This document shows, in pieces, positions 1 through 11,345 of a DNA stretch of 60,358 nt. Source of the DNA: a virus. Taxonomy: Duplodnaviria; Caudoviricetes. Location: positions 1 through 60,358 of IMG/VR virus record IMGVR_UViG_3300023179_000114. One strand, given 5' to 3'. Numbering within the stretch: the first letter of the stretch is position 1; the number at the start of each line of letters is the position of its first letter. Below the pieces are notes generated by a model. That model saw only the letters and a program-made list of their open reading frames with translations, was not told where the DNA came from and did not search any database. A program made the translations under genes and the position numbers.

Positions 1-1317
<1,317 letters not shown>

Positions 1318-3402
1318 TTATGGAGTTCCTCCATCAACAAATGATATGGTGATATTAGAGGATCCATCAAAACTAGTTCCGTTAATAGTTCTTGCTGTCT
1401 GTAGTGCTGTTGCTGTACTAGCATTACCACTTAAAGATCCAATAAAATTAGTACTAGTAACACTACTTAATCCGCTTAATGCCGTAGATGTCCCACCAAG
1501 ATTAATATTTGTTGAACCAACTGTTACGCTGCTATTCTCTAGTTGAGAGTTGCTTACTCCGCTAGTCTTGATACTAACAGCCCCACTCGTTACATTAAAA
1601 TCTCCACTATCGAAACTAGCTATGCCTTTAATGCTTGTTGTAGCATCAGGAATTAATCCTGAAGCCACGCTAGTAACTCGTCCATAGCTATCTGTGCTAA
1701 CACCAATAACCACATTACCAGAGCCACTATCATTTCTAGTGACTGATGCAAGATCGATATTGTCGGCGTTGACAACAATTCGGCTACTACTAGCAGTACC
1801 AATATCTAATGTGTTGCCGCTTTTAGTTAAACCAGATCCAGCAGTAATCTGACCAGCACCGGAGAATTGAGCAAAGGACAGATTTGTTGATCCTAGCGTG
1901 ATAGTATCATTGGTTGTTAATACCCATCCACTATCAGCATTAGTAGTACCTTCTGCAACGAATGTGAACATACCAGCAGTAACTTCTGCACTACTATCGG
2001 CATCTGTAGATCTACTCCAACTTCCAGCAGCTACAACATAAATACCATTTTGGGTGGCTGTAGTTTGATCCTTGACTAGAACCCTATCTCCAGCTATGAG
2101 CGATACGCCATCGATTGTTTGTGTTCCTGATAGTGTTATATTAGCTGTGGTAGCAGCCCTTACGCTCTGCTTAACATCTAATCCGCTTCTAGCGGCATCA
2201 ACATAAGCCTTAGTAGCTGCATCTTGGTCATTTGTGGGATCTGCTAGGTTTGTAATCTTTTGACTATTTAAAGACACACTAGCTGTTGGAGCGCTCATCT
2301 GATCCAAACGAGATGTTCTAACTTGACTATCGAAATTATTAATATTAGATGCTACTAAACCGCTACCACTAACAGTAAGATTACCATTGATAGTAACGCC
2401 ACTAAGTGTTGGATTATTAGCAAAAACTAAAGATCCACTACCAGTTTCATCAGTAACTAAAGTACTTAGATTATTACTAGATGGAGTTAACAGGAATGTT
2501 CTAGCATTACTAGACAAATCAGTAACATCAGCTAGTTGAACAGTGGGGTCGCTCAAACTAACTACATAATTACCACTATTATGAGATAATGATATGCCAC
2601 TACCAGCAGTTAAAGAACTACTAATAGTTAATGTATTATTTCCACTATTATATACAATCCCTACGCCACTACCTCCCACAATAGTGGTGCTAACAGCATT
2701 TTCTATAAGACTATTAACGCCGCTAGCAAAATTTGTAATTAATGATGTTGGAATACCGGTAACTGAAACGGATAAACTATTTCCACTATCATTATAACTT
2801 AATCCAATACCACTTCCTTGAGCTAATAAAGAACTTACCCTATCATCTACTCCTTCAGCAAAATCTGTAATATCTGAAGTTTGTATGGTAGGATCACTTA
2901 AACTGATAGTAGTATATCCAGTAGTATCATTATAGTTAACGCTAATTCCGCTAACTCCACTAATATATGTGCCAATAGCATCTTGAACTTCTTCATTTCC
3001 TAGTGTGCTATTAATAGTTAAAGTATTAGCATTATCATTATAGCTTAAACTTATATTAGTTCCAGCCTGTAGTAATGTTGCTACTCTATCATCTACGCCC
3101 TCAGCAAAACCAGTAATTCCAGACACATCCACAGTAGGATTAGATAATGCTATAGTTAATGAACTACTATTAGCACCAGATGTCAATGATATTCCACTAC
3201 CGCCAATAAATCCAGAAGCTGGAATAGCAGAGTATGGTAAACTAGCCCATGCTGTACTACCATCACCAATCTTAAAGCGCCCAGTATCTGTCTCATACCC
3301 TATCTCTCCCTGATATAGTATACCATTACCTAATGAGTTTTCGGCGCTATTCCATTGACTTAATGTTCCTCTTCTTACTTGAATTCTTGTTTGAACAGCC
3401 AT
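1318..3402 (-). CDS. Tail fibre / virion structural protein
   Basis: N-terminal IQVRRGT...GEIGYETDTGRFKIGDG..W..LPY (Mtd/hyaluronidase-type N-domain), repeated FAEGVDDRV units, DAATKAYVD...GDRVLVKDQ...NGIY fibre motif, Ser/Gly/Thr-rich. Confidence 0.8.
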   Translation of the reverse strand: MAVQTRIQVRRGTLSQWNSAENSLGNGILYQGEIGYETDTGRFKIGDGSTAWASLPYSAIPASGFIGGSGISLTSGANSSSLTIALSNPTVDVSGITGFAEGVDDRVATLLQAGTNISLSYNDNANTLTINSTLGNEEVQDAIGTYISGVSGISVNYNDTTGYTTISLSDPTIQTSDITDFAEGVDDRVSSLLAQGSGIGLSYNDSGNSLSVSVTGIPTSLITNFASGVNSLIENAVSTTIVGGSGVGIVYNSGNNTLTISSSLTAGSGISLSHNSGNYVVSLSDPTVQLADVTDLSSNARTFLLTPSSNNLSTLVTDETGSGSLVFANNPTLSGVTINGNLTVSGSGLVASNINNFDSQVRTSRLDQMSAPTASVSLNSQKITNLADPTNDQDAATKAYVDAARSGLDVKQSVRAATTANITLSGTQTIDGVSLIAGDRVLVKDQTTATQNGIYVVAAGSWSRSTDADSSAEVTAGMFTFVAEGTTNADSGWVLTTNDTITLGSTNLSFAQFSGAGQITAGSGLTKSGNTLDIGTASSSRIVVNADNIDLASVTRNDSGSGNVVIGVSTDSYGRVTSVASGLIPDATTSIKGIASFDSGDFNVTSGAVSIKTSGVSNSQLENSSVTVGSTNINLGGTSTALSGLSSVTSTNFIGSLSGNASTATALQTARTINGTSFDGSSNITISFVDGGTP

Positions 3403-3431
3403 GATGGACCTTTCTTATTATTTAATATATA

Positions 3432-3704
3432 TTAGGGAGAACCACAATCAAAAGCATAATTATCTAAATAATCATCTAATCCGTCTATACGAGCCACACT
3501 CAAATTACCAACTATTTTACTCATAGGAATATCATCTGGTAAATCACTAGCTAATATTTTTTCCGTATTAACAATTTCTATATTAAATTGATCAAATTTT
3601 TCAATTTCAATATTATTAACAATTGACCCAAAAGAAGTTTCTATTTCTATTATATTTACACTAGGCTCTAATATTTCTAGAGTAAAATTGCTCATGATGG
3701 ACAA
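3432..3704 (-). CDS. Small virion-associated protein
   Basis: In operon; C-terminal FDCGSP resembles the fibre C-terminus VDGGTP. Confidence 0.65.
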   Translation of the reverse strand: MSIMSNFTLEILEPSVNIIEIETSFGSIVNNIEIEKFDQFNIEIVNTEKILASDLPDDIPMSKIVGNLSVARIDGLDDYLDNYAFDCGSP

Positions 3705-4096
3705 CTCAGTGTTTGAGAACTTTGACTAAATCGTTTAACAACATTAATTGTGCCAAATAATAGTCTTGTTGTATATTTGCCTCCACCAGAATATAGATCA
3801 TCTGGGCTTTGTAATTCTAAATCATATTTGGCCGTATTAAAATTAAAAGTATTGGTAGTATTAGCCGGTATCATTAGGGTTAATTTACCAGCAACAGGAT
3901 CTATAGTAAATTTATAAACACTAATATCTTGATTAATAGAACTAAAGGTTTGAGTAATATTAGTATTAGTTTTCCATACTAGTCTAGCACACCAGTTTGT
4001 TAAATCTACAGGATTACTGTTTTGATCTTTATAGATCAAAGATATTTTAAAGGAGGTTCCTTGTTCAATACTAAAATCATACTTGCTAGCTGCCAT
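3692..4096 (-). CDS. BppU-like/Ig-fold fibre attachment protein
   Basis: YDFSIEQG.SF...PVDLT...AKYDLE...RLLFG motif; paralogous to the N-terminus of 8243..9253. Confidence 0.6.
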   Translation of the reverse strand: MAASKYDFSIEQGTSFKISLIYKDQNSNPVDLTNWCARLVWKTNTNITQTFSSINQDISVYKFTIDPVAGKLTLMIPANTTNTFNFNTAKYDLELQSPDDLYSGGGKYTTRLLFGTINVVKRFSQSSQTLSCPS

Positions 4097-4108
4097 ATAG
4101 TATTAATT

Positions 4109-4297
4109 TCAAATAGTTTTTACAAAAATACCATTATAGAATCTATTATCATATTTAGCTTCTATATCTGTAATAGTTGGAGTATTTTTTACATATGTAT
4201 TTAGTTTAGAATTTTGACCTGTGAATGTGGTAGTAACAACAGTTGTACCGTTTTTTATACTATTGCCGCTAATAGCTTTATTAATATCATTTGCCAT
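4109..4297 (-). CDS. Hypothetical protein
   Basis: ORF in late operon. Confidence 0.6.
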   Translation of the reverse strand: MANDINKAISGNSIKNGTTVVTTTFTGQNSKLNTYVKNTPTITDIEAKYDNRFYNGIFVKTI

Positions 4298-4303
4298 AAA
4301 ATA

Positions 4304-4621
4304 TTACCTTTCTATTCTTTCTTCAAGTGCTTCTAGTGTTTTGGTTAGTGTCGCCATCTGAATTTTTAATTCATTCATTACTTCGGTATTTCTTTGTAAT
4401 GCATTAGCAAAAGCCGCCTGGGTTTCTTTATTAATATTTAATCTTTCCATAATAAATTGACGATCATGTAGATATGGACTTTGCGTTTCTATCATATGGG
4501 CCACTTCGCTTTTTGTGGCCATATTTTTGCCTATAGCAACCCAAAAACCCATCATTGTGACTATAATGCCTATGCTTGCTGTGGCTAAGCTTTGCCAAAA
4601 ATGAATAATATTTTCGCTCAT
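4304..4621 (-). CDS. Membrane-anchored coiled-coil protein (possible lysis-related protein)
   Basis: N-terminal hydrophobic helix LATASIGIIVTMMGFWVAIG plus C-terminal heptad pattern. Confidence 0.6.
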   Translation of the reverse strand: MSENIIHFWQSLATASIGIIVTMMGFWVAIGKNMATKSEVAHMIETQSPYLHDRQFIMERLNINKETQAAFANALQRNTEVMNELKIQMATLTKTLEALEERIER

Positions 4622-4691
4622 ATTAATTAATTATATTATGGTTAATAAAGAATTTTTAATAATCTATCTATTACTATACACCATTATATAA

Positions 4692-5096
4692 TTATGAACA
4701 TATGCTTGGGCTTCTCCATATATATACATTATTACTAATAATGAGATATGGTGAGTTTAGAATTTCCTCTGAAGGAGTCTTAGCGTCTCTACCATTACAA
4801 AATTCGCTAATAGGAGGAGGATTTTGTTCTGCAACACAATTAACTATGGCTGGCGCTACACAGCCTATCCATGTGGGCCCTGCCATAAAATTACAATTAG
4901 GATACCAAGCCCAATCGCAATGAGACACACAATATTCTGGACAAGGGCCATTTAATCCACAATTATTTGAATAGGAATTTCTCATAATGCTTGAAGATCC
5001 CTGACAACAACTATTATTATCACAATCATTAAATGAACCATATGCTGTTTGTCCAGCTGGTGGACTCTCACCATAAACTAATTTTCTACAAGGCAT
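4692..5096 (-). CDS. Cys-rich protein, paralog of 42671..43042
   Basis: Shared MPCRKLVYGE...SCC.GSS...GLNGPCP.YC...WRSPSI. Confidence 0.8.
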   Translation of the reverse strand: MPCRKLVYGESPPAGQTAYGSFNDCDNNSCCQGSSSIMRNSYSNNCGLNGPCPEYCVSHCDWAWYPNCNFMAGPTWIGCVAPAIVNCVAEQNPPPISEFCNGRDAKTPSEEILNSPYLIISNNVYIWRSPSICS

Positions 5097-5100
5097 AGAT

Positions 5101-5349
5101 TTACTCTTTTTTTGTTTGAGTATTTATAAAATTATTTTGAAAATTATCTACATTTTGCATACCACCAACTAATATTACCATTTCATTATCTGAAGATGCT
5201 GAGGCTATAACAGCAGGAAATGATGAATGAGACTCATCACATGTCCATAAATTATTGTTCATAGAAACTATGGAGGGGGCCGCTTGTTCTAATGAAACTC
5301 CTTTTTTTACACACATTTTTAAAAATTCTAATCTATCTAAAACTATCAT
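5101..5349 (-). CDS. Hypothetical protein
   Basis: AAGGA RBS and upstream TGGTGTATA motif. Confidence 0.65.
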   Translation of the reverse strand: MIVLDRLEFLKMCVKKGVSLEQAAPSIVSMNNNLWTCDESHSSFPAVIASASSDNEMVILVGGMQNVDNFQNNFINTQTKKE

Positions 5350-5401
5350 AATTATTTGTCCTTTATTCTAAAACAGTAGTTTATACACCATAATCGTCTT
5401 A

Positions 5402-6310
5402 TTAACTAGGCATACAATAGTATGGTTCGGTACATCCACAATCTCCTTTATTAAAAGTTAAACCCCATAATGGAGGCGCGGTGTCTGTGCCTGGAATCAG
5501 AATTGTCCCCGTTAACGTGATGGAGCCATTTGGACAAGTAGTTGTTGGAGTACCAGGGCTCCATCTACCAGCACCTGAACCAGATGGTAAGGTAAAATCA
5601 CAAAAGATAGTAAAAGTTACACTACCACTAGCAGTTCCGCCAGTTAAAAATTTTGTAGCGCTATATGAACATGAAAGAGGATTAAAAATATATTTAGCTG
5701 CTGGATCATTGTTTGGGCAATTAGTACTAATATCTAAAACCCCTTCTCCGTTCCAGGTTGCACAGACAGAGTTTGCGCATAGCTTTGTGGGAGTAGGACT
5801 TGGTGTTTTTGTGGTAGTGGGAGTAGTAGTAGAAGTTGGCGTTTTTGTGGGAGTAGGAGTAACGCTATTTGTTGGAGTAACTGTTGGAGTAACGCTATTT
5901 GTTGGAGTAACTGTTGGAGTAACTGTTGGAGTAACGCTATTTGTTGGAGTAACTGTTGGAGTAACGCTAATGGTTGGTGTCACAGAAATCGTGGGGGTAA
6001 TGCTAGGAGTTGGAGTGGAGGTGGGGATTTGAGTTTTTGTGGGAGTAGGAGTGGAGTTTTGAGTTTTGGTGGGGGTAGTAGTGGGAGTTAGAGAAGGCAG
6101 AGGAGTTACAAATTCACAATTTATATTGAGATTATTTATTAATTTAACTAATTCTCCATTAGTTTGTAACGGATTGCTAATATAAATAGGAATACTTTCT
6201 CCTTTTTTATATATTTTAACTATACTATAATTATTATTGTTTTTGTAGTTTCTAAAACTTAATGATAAATTACAGAAACAATTGTTTTGACTATTAAAAT
6301 TAGTATTCAT
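5402..6310 (-). CDS. Pro/Thr-repeat, Cys-rich virion-associated protein
   Basis: Central (VTPT/NSVTPT/TPTK)n linker and Cys-rich C-domain. Confidence 0.75.
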   Translation of the reverse strand: MNTNFNSQNNCFCNLSLSFRNYKNNNNYSIVKIYKKGESIPIYISNPLQTNGELVKLINNLNINCEFVTPLPSLTPTTTPTKTQNSTPTPTKTQIPTSTPTPSITPTISVTPTISVTPTVTPTNSVTPTVTPTVTPTNSVTPTVTPTNSVTPTPTKTPTSTTTPTTTKTPSPTPTKLCANSVCATWNGEGVLDISTNCPNNDPAAKYIFNPLSCSYSATKFLTGGTASGSVTFTIFCDFTLPSGSGAGRWSPGTPTTTCPNGSITLTGTILIPGTDTAPPLWGLTFNKGDCGCTEPYYCMPS

Positions 6311-6323
6311 ATTAAATTAATAA

Positions 6324-8042
6324 TTAAGACGATATAATATTTCGGTATGCATTTCTACAATTGATGTATATAGTACCATCCAAAAAATTGTTTACAGGAT
6401 TAACAGCTCCCGGAAAGGATGAGCCCCAATATATGCCGATTCCCAAAGCATGTCCAAGCTCATGAGTAATAATATTAATCCAGTCGTCACTAGAAAAGAT
6501 ATAAAGATAATGATTATTAATGTTAAGTGAAAAAGTTAAACTATTAAATTTTATACCACTAGCATTAGATTGTAAATTTACATAATAGTATGGACCACAA
6601 CTAGCTATAGTATTAGACCCAGAATCTGTATACAGAGAATAAGTTTCTAAACTTAATCCATTCCAAGATGAATAGTTAACAAGACTTTTGATAGCAGACA
6701 CTACGCTTGGATTATAGCTCATGTATAAGCCCCAGCGATCAGCAGCTTGGTCCAGATATGTTTTGTACGGCTCAGACACTATAGAAGCCCAAGAATTTTT
6801 ATTAAATAAAACTGGAGAAGATAATGTTGAAATAGAATTATTAGTATATTCAGATAAATTAATAGTTGCTGCTTTAGTTATACCTTTGTGATATTCACAA
6901 TTTAAATGAATATAATTTTGTGCTGCTATTAGCGATCTAACTGTACTAGGATTTCCTTCGCTATTACCGGGATTGTTCTCTATATAACCAAAATCGATTA
7001 AAGACCCTATTGATAGTTTAGATAATATTCTTGGTTGTCCTGGAGATATTGTTCCTACCATAAGCTCATTAGATACCCCTGGATACGATAAACCATCTCC
7101 TCCAACATACGAACTATCTCTATAGTTATTCTCCCAGTGAGACAATGCTGTTCCAGCACCACCAGTATCTTCTAATGGAATTTTAGACACATTTGCTACC
7201 ACAGCAGAACTACTTGGTGTTGGAGTAACACTGTTAGTTGGAGTAGCCGTAGGAGTTGTTGTAGGCGTTATGGTAAAACTAGAGGTTGGAGTAGGAGTAA
7301 CTGATAGTGTTGGTGTTTTTGTAGGAGTAGGGGTTGTTATTGAAACACTAGGCTCTACACATACACAATCTATAGCTGCTCCTTGCGCTCCACAAGTTGG
7401 ACATGTACTTTCAAATTTAATAATTGTAGAAGAGCTATCTGCTGTAAATGTATAACTATGATCAACCCATCCCATACTTTCATAAGTTTCATATGTTGTA
7501 GAGGATGGATCAAAAGTATAATCTTGAGTTATTGTGGAAATTCCTATTATAGAAAGCCTAGCTGTTTTAATAATATTCCTATAAGTATAATTATTGGCTG
7601 CTAATTTAAAACTAACTTTATAAGATTGTCCAATTATAGTATTTATGCTTTGTTGAATATATCCAGGAGAAGTACTATTCAAATCTACCCATCTATTCAA
7701 TGGTTGTGATAATACAGGATCGTATGAGAGAGAATGAACATCTATAGAATTTTGTGTCCAATAAGTTGCTGTTCCTCCTCCACCGAATGATCCCGGATTT
7801 CCTTGTTCAAAATCTCCATTCAGTATTAAATTATTATTACAGTCATTACAATTGTAGCTGGTATTAGTTGATGTTTTTGTTGGGGTTGGTGTTTTTGTTG
7901 GGGTTGGTGTTTTTGTTGGAGTGGGTGTTTTTGTTGGAGTGGGTGTCTTTGTAGGAGTACCTGTGGAAGTAGGCGAAGGATCTATAGCTGTACAGCATTT
8001 GATATAAATAGCTCCGGAAACTCTTCTTGGGATAGAACTCAT
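6324..8042 (-). CDS. Multidomain protein: PT linkers, DUF642/galactose-binding-like domain and zinc metallopeptidase (M8 leishmanolysin-like, permuted)
   Basis: NLILNGDFE...WVDLN...GAAID.V (DUF642-like); PLEDTGGAGTALSHWE, NELMVG, LSKLSIGSLIDFGY; HELGHALG. Confidence 0.75.
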   Translation of the reverse strand: MSSIPRRVSGAIYIKCCTAIDPSPTSTGTPTKTPTPTKTPTPTKTPTPTKTPTPTKTSTNTSYNCNDCNNNLILNGDFEQGNPGSFGGGGTATYWTQNSIDVHSLSYDPVLSQPLNRWVDLNSTSPGYIQQSINTIIGQSYKVSFKLAANNYTYRNIIKTARLSIIGISTITQDYTFDPSSTTYETYESMGWVDHSYTFTADSSSTIIKFESTCPTCGAQGAAIDCVCVEPSVSITTPTPTKTPTLSVTPTPTSSFTITPTTTPTATPTNSVTPTPSSSAVVANVSKIPLEDTGGAGTALSHWENNYRDSSYVGGDGLSYPGVSNELMVGTISPGQPRILSKLSIGSLIDFGYIENNPGNSEGNPSTVRSLIAAQNYIHLNCEYHKGITKAATINLSEYTNNSISTLSSPVLFNKNSWASIVSEPYKTYLDQAADRWGLYMSYNPSVVSAIKSLVNYSSWNGLSLETYSLYTDSGSNTIASCGPYYYVNLQSNASGIKFNSLTFSLNINNHYLYIFSSDDWINIITHELGHALGIGIYWGSSFPGAVNPVNNFLDGTIYINCRNAYRNIISS

Positions 8043-8242
8043 ATACTATACTCTAGGCTATTTATGTTGTTGAGATGGAATAAAATTATCAAAATTATTT
8101 ACGTATAAAGTTTGTAGATGTTATATAGAAGCGCCCTTGTCTTTGCTAGTATCCAATATTTGAAAATTACTTTCAGACCTAACTATAGTTCTGTCCTTAT
8201 TAATATTAGTAATACGTTTTACTATAGTCATGTTATATTGAT

Positions 8243-9253
8243 CTATTCATTAATAGAGTTATCATATGTTATTATAAGCTTCCAAGAATCTATCGATCCA
8301 CTCCCAAGAGGATCAGTATCTTTAACAATAAAATTCCATACTCCCGTTAATGAAGCTTCAAATAAATGATCGAAAGAACTCAATAAATTTTCATTATTAT
8401 ATTTAACTAAAGCTGTTTTGTCATAGATATTACAGACTTCGCCATTATTAATATTATGTAAATATTTATTATTATCTGCTTTGTTACTAAACATAAAACT
8501 AAAATTATTATTAAAATTAGGTATTTTATGGTTTGCAGATAAAAGGATCTTGTCTCCGCTTGGTGGTGCTAATAGTAGTATTAGATCTGTGGGACTGGAA
8601 TGAGCTAGTTTATTTACTGCCAATTCTACATTTTTAATAATACCTGTATCAGAGACAAGTAATCCACCGCTCACGGTTGATAAATTATTTAATACTAATC
8701 CGCTGCCACTATAAACTGTTGAAAATAAATCTAGTGGACCGCAATCATAAGGTAAACAAAAATCTGTTACGGAAGCAGGATTGGTTATAGAAGGATTGGT
8801 GTTCGTGGGGGTTGGATTAGTACTGGTGGGCTGAGGTGGATTAGATAAAGAATCTAAGCTAGATGGACAACCAGAATCATTTAGAGGTATATTTCTAGTA
8901 ATTATATTAATCAGACCTTCTGCTATTCTAATATTATTTAATTTAATCGTTCCGATTTCTTTGATATCTAAATCATAAACAGCATTAGTAAAATTGAATA
9001 AGCTCGTTTCTGCTGCACTGGTATTCCATGATATAGTTCCTAAATTATTAGCAGTTAAACTCCAGCCATTAGTATCATAGTCTGATAAGGCTCTGCTAGA
9101 ATATCTTCTAATAGATCCATCACTACCAGATAAACTTAAAATTACACATTTATCACTGAGATCCACAGGGGTCCCATCACTATTATTATAAATAAAATTA
9201 ATAGAAAAGTCTGATCCTTTTTCTATATCAAAATTAAAATTGATAGCTGCCAT
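8243..9253 (-). CDS. BppU-like N-domain fused to proprotein-convertase P-domain
   Basis: N-terminus like 3692..4096; C-terminal LAHSSPTDLILLLAPPSG...GVWNFIVKD...GSIDSWKL is a P-domain signature. Confidence 0.7.
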   Translation of the reverse strand: MAAINFNFDIEKGSDFSINFIYNNSDGTPVDLSDKCVILSLSGSDGSIRRYSSRALSDYDTNGWSLTANNLGTISWNTSAAETSLFNFTNAVYDLDIKEIGTIKLNNIRIAEGLINIITRNIPLNDSGCPSSLDSLSNPPQPTSTNPTPTNTNPSITNPASVTDFCLPYDCGPLDLFSTVYSGSGLVLNNLSTVSGGLLVSDTGIIKNVELAVNKLAHSSPTDLILLLAPPSGDKILLSANHKIPNFNNNFSFMFSNKADNNKYLHNINNGEVCNIYDKTALVKYNNENLLSSFDHLFEASLTGVWNFIVKDTDPLGSGSIDSWKLIITYDNSINE

Positions 9254-9264
9254 AAAATCTCTTT

Positions 9265-9780
9265 TTAGTTATAAAAATTTCTTCTAATATCACCAGGATA
9301 TCTTATATAGCTTGGATCAAAATTATTTCCAACGAAAGGACTTAATACCGCAGCAATAGCTCTGGCGTCTTTTACATCCCAGTGAGAAGTCAATTCTTCA
9401 TATGTGGCACATGGGCCTTTTTCAAGAATAGTTTTCCAACCAGATAAATTACCAGCAACCGATAAACTAGCGGGTCCTAGCGAGGCCCTAATACCCTCTG
9501 TCACGGCCTTACTTCTAAAAGTACTTTGATCTATAATACAAGCAGCTTTTAATGAAACTAAACTAATAAAAATTTCATCTCTATCGTCTGTTGGATCAGG
9601 AGAAATAGATGGGGCCGTTACATCTATTTGATATTGATGATCCAAAACGACATCGAATTGAACATATTTAGCAGATACCGCTACCACTTGCAGAATTCGT
9701 TCATCGCTATAAACAGGTTGATCTCCAAGATCATTTACTAATGTACGCACTATAATTGGTATTTCTGCTTGCCAGCTCAT
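9265..9780 (-). CDS. Putative head completion/neck protein
   Basis: Position downstream of the capsid gene and IVRTLVNDLG...YSDE pattern; function inferred from synteny. Confidence 0.45.
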   Translation of the reverse strand: MSWQAEIPIIVRTLVNDLGDQPVYSDERILQVVAVSAKYVQFDVVLDHQYQIDVTAPSISPDPTDDRDEIFISLVSLKAACIIDQSTFRSKAVTEGIRASLGPASLSVAGNLSGWKTILEKGPCATYEELTSHWDVKDARAIAAVLSPFVGNNFDPSYIRYPGDIRRNFYN

Positions 9781-9832
9781 ATCTGTTTCCTTAGAGTAGT
9801 TGTGTTTATTAAGAAATACACCGTAAAAGACC

Positions 9833-11224
9833 CTATTTTAGATTTAATAAATATTTAGCTTGACCACAATCATAAATCTTAAATAAATCTTTTGCATATC
9901 CACTATTTCCTGGAAATTTCAGTCTATGAAAAGTTTCAAAACCATCCGTCCATCTAAAGCTAGGATAAATATGAATATAATCAAAACCCAAATTTTTCAG
10001 ATAATGGCCTTTACCATATCTTTTATCTATAAAGGTCATAATACTGTCGGGCTTTTTGTCATTAATTGCAAATTTTAATAATCTACTAAAGGCTCCGGTA
10101 ACAGTATAAAATTTACTATTACAAAAACGACTAATTTCATAGTCTTTATTTCTGTTTCTTTTTAATCTTAGGGCAGCAACAATTTCTTCTTTAAACTTTA
10201 AAACATATGTGGTGCCTCTACCCTTGCCCATTAAATGATTGGTCTCATAATAAATATCAGCAGTTTTATCCTCTATTTTATGAATACTGCATTTTCTAGC
10301 AAATAGTTTATTAGATTTGCCAAGCCTATTTAGAACCATACTCTTAACTATTTCAAATTTATCTCTAATTTCGTCCTCTCTAAAAAATAAGCTATCATAA
10401 TTAGCATTTTCATAGGCTGTTTTTTTGTTAAAATGATAATTCATATCAACTTTGGCAACATCACTGTGCCAATATAGACCATCTACTTCTATTAGAAGAT
10501 TATCAACTTTAAAATCTGCAATTTTTTTATCTATACGAAATTGAGTAACATAATTAATATTATAATATTGTAAAAAATCTTCGAAGGTTTTTTCTAGTTT
10601 AGTTTTGAATGGTTCCATTTTTATAGCTTCTTCCATTCCATATTTATTAACTAATTTTCCAAAATGAGATCTAGAAAATCCGATTTCTTTGGCTAGATCT
10701 GGCCTAGATTTACCTTCATAAGTTTCAATAATACCCTTATCAATTTTTGTTTGTTTCATTTTTTGTGCTGCTTTTTTAGCCGTATCAGAATATTTCATAA
10801 TATTATCTACGCCATATCTATTTAATAAAGTTTCTTTTTGTTTCTCAATTATTGATTGAACTAACATAGGATTTTCATTACCATATTTTTTTAAATTTGT
10901 TTTTTTAATTTGTTCTTTAAATTCTTGTGATTGTAATCTGTCTATATTGGTATTTCTAATTTTGGACCTAACTTCTTGTCTCTGGGCTGAATTTTTAACA
11001 CCATGTTTACGCAAACTCATATCTTCACGTTTTTTATATTTACATTGTAATTTACCACAAGCATCTTTAGCTACAATTTTTCTTTGTTTTAAATACGCTT
11101 TATATGTTTTAATAATATGATCAGAACAATAATCACATTTTACATAAACATCTCTAGAAGAGCCAGCAGATAAATCTTCTGGTCTATATCCATATTTTTC
11201 TTTTGTTAATTCTAAATCTATCAT
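9833..11224 (-). CDS. Hef-like free-standing homing endonuclease
   Basis: N-terminal CxxC and KYG repeats, ADFKVDNLLIEVDGLYWH (Vsr/DUF559-like), then ARKC...EISRFC...GAFSRLLK...DKRYG. Confidence 0.7.
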   Translation of the reverse strand: MIDLELTKEKYGYRPEDLSAGSSRDVYVKCDYCSDHIIKTYKAYLKQRKIVAKDACGKLQCKYKKREDMSLRKHGVKNSAQRQEVRSKIRNTNIDRLQSQEFKEQIKKTNLKKYGNENPMLVQSIIEKQKETLLNRYGVDNIMKYSDTAKKAAQKMKQTKIDKGIIETYEGKSRPDLAKEIGFSRSHFGKLVNKYGMEEAIKMEPFKTKLEKTFEDFLQYYNINYVTQFRIDKKIADFKVDNLLIEVDGLYWHSDVAKVDMNYHFNKKTAYENANYDSLFFREDEIRDKFEIVKSMVLNRLGKSNKLFARKCSIHKIEDKTADIYYETNHLMGKGRGTTYVLKFKEEIVAALRLKRNRNKDYEISRFCNSKFYTVTGAFSRLLKFAINDKKPDSIMTFIDKRYGKGHYLKNLGFDYIHIYPSFRWTDGFETFHRLKFPGNSGYAKDLFKIYDCGQAKYLLNLK

Positions 11225-11281
11225 TGTCTTTCCTTATTATAAGAGAGATCAGACCAAGCATAGTCCCCACTTATAATAATA

Positions 11282-11310
11282 TAAAAAGAGCTACCATCAA
11301 GATAGCTCTT
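11282..11310 (-). terminator. Rho-independent terminator after major capsid gene
   Basis: AAGAGCTA/TAGCTCTT stem followed by a T-run on the minus strand. Confidence 0.7.
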
Positions 11311-11345
11311 CTTATTAAGAATTTAGGTATTAAATATATAGTATA

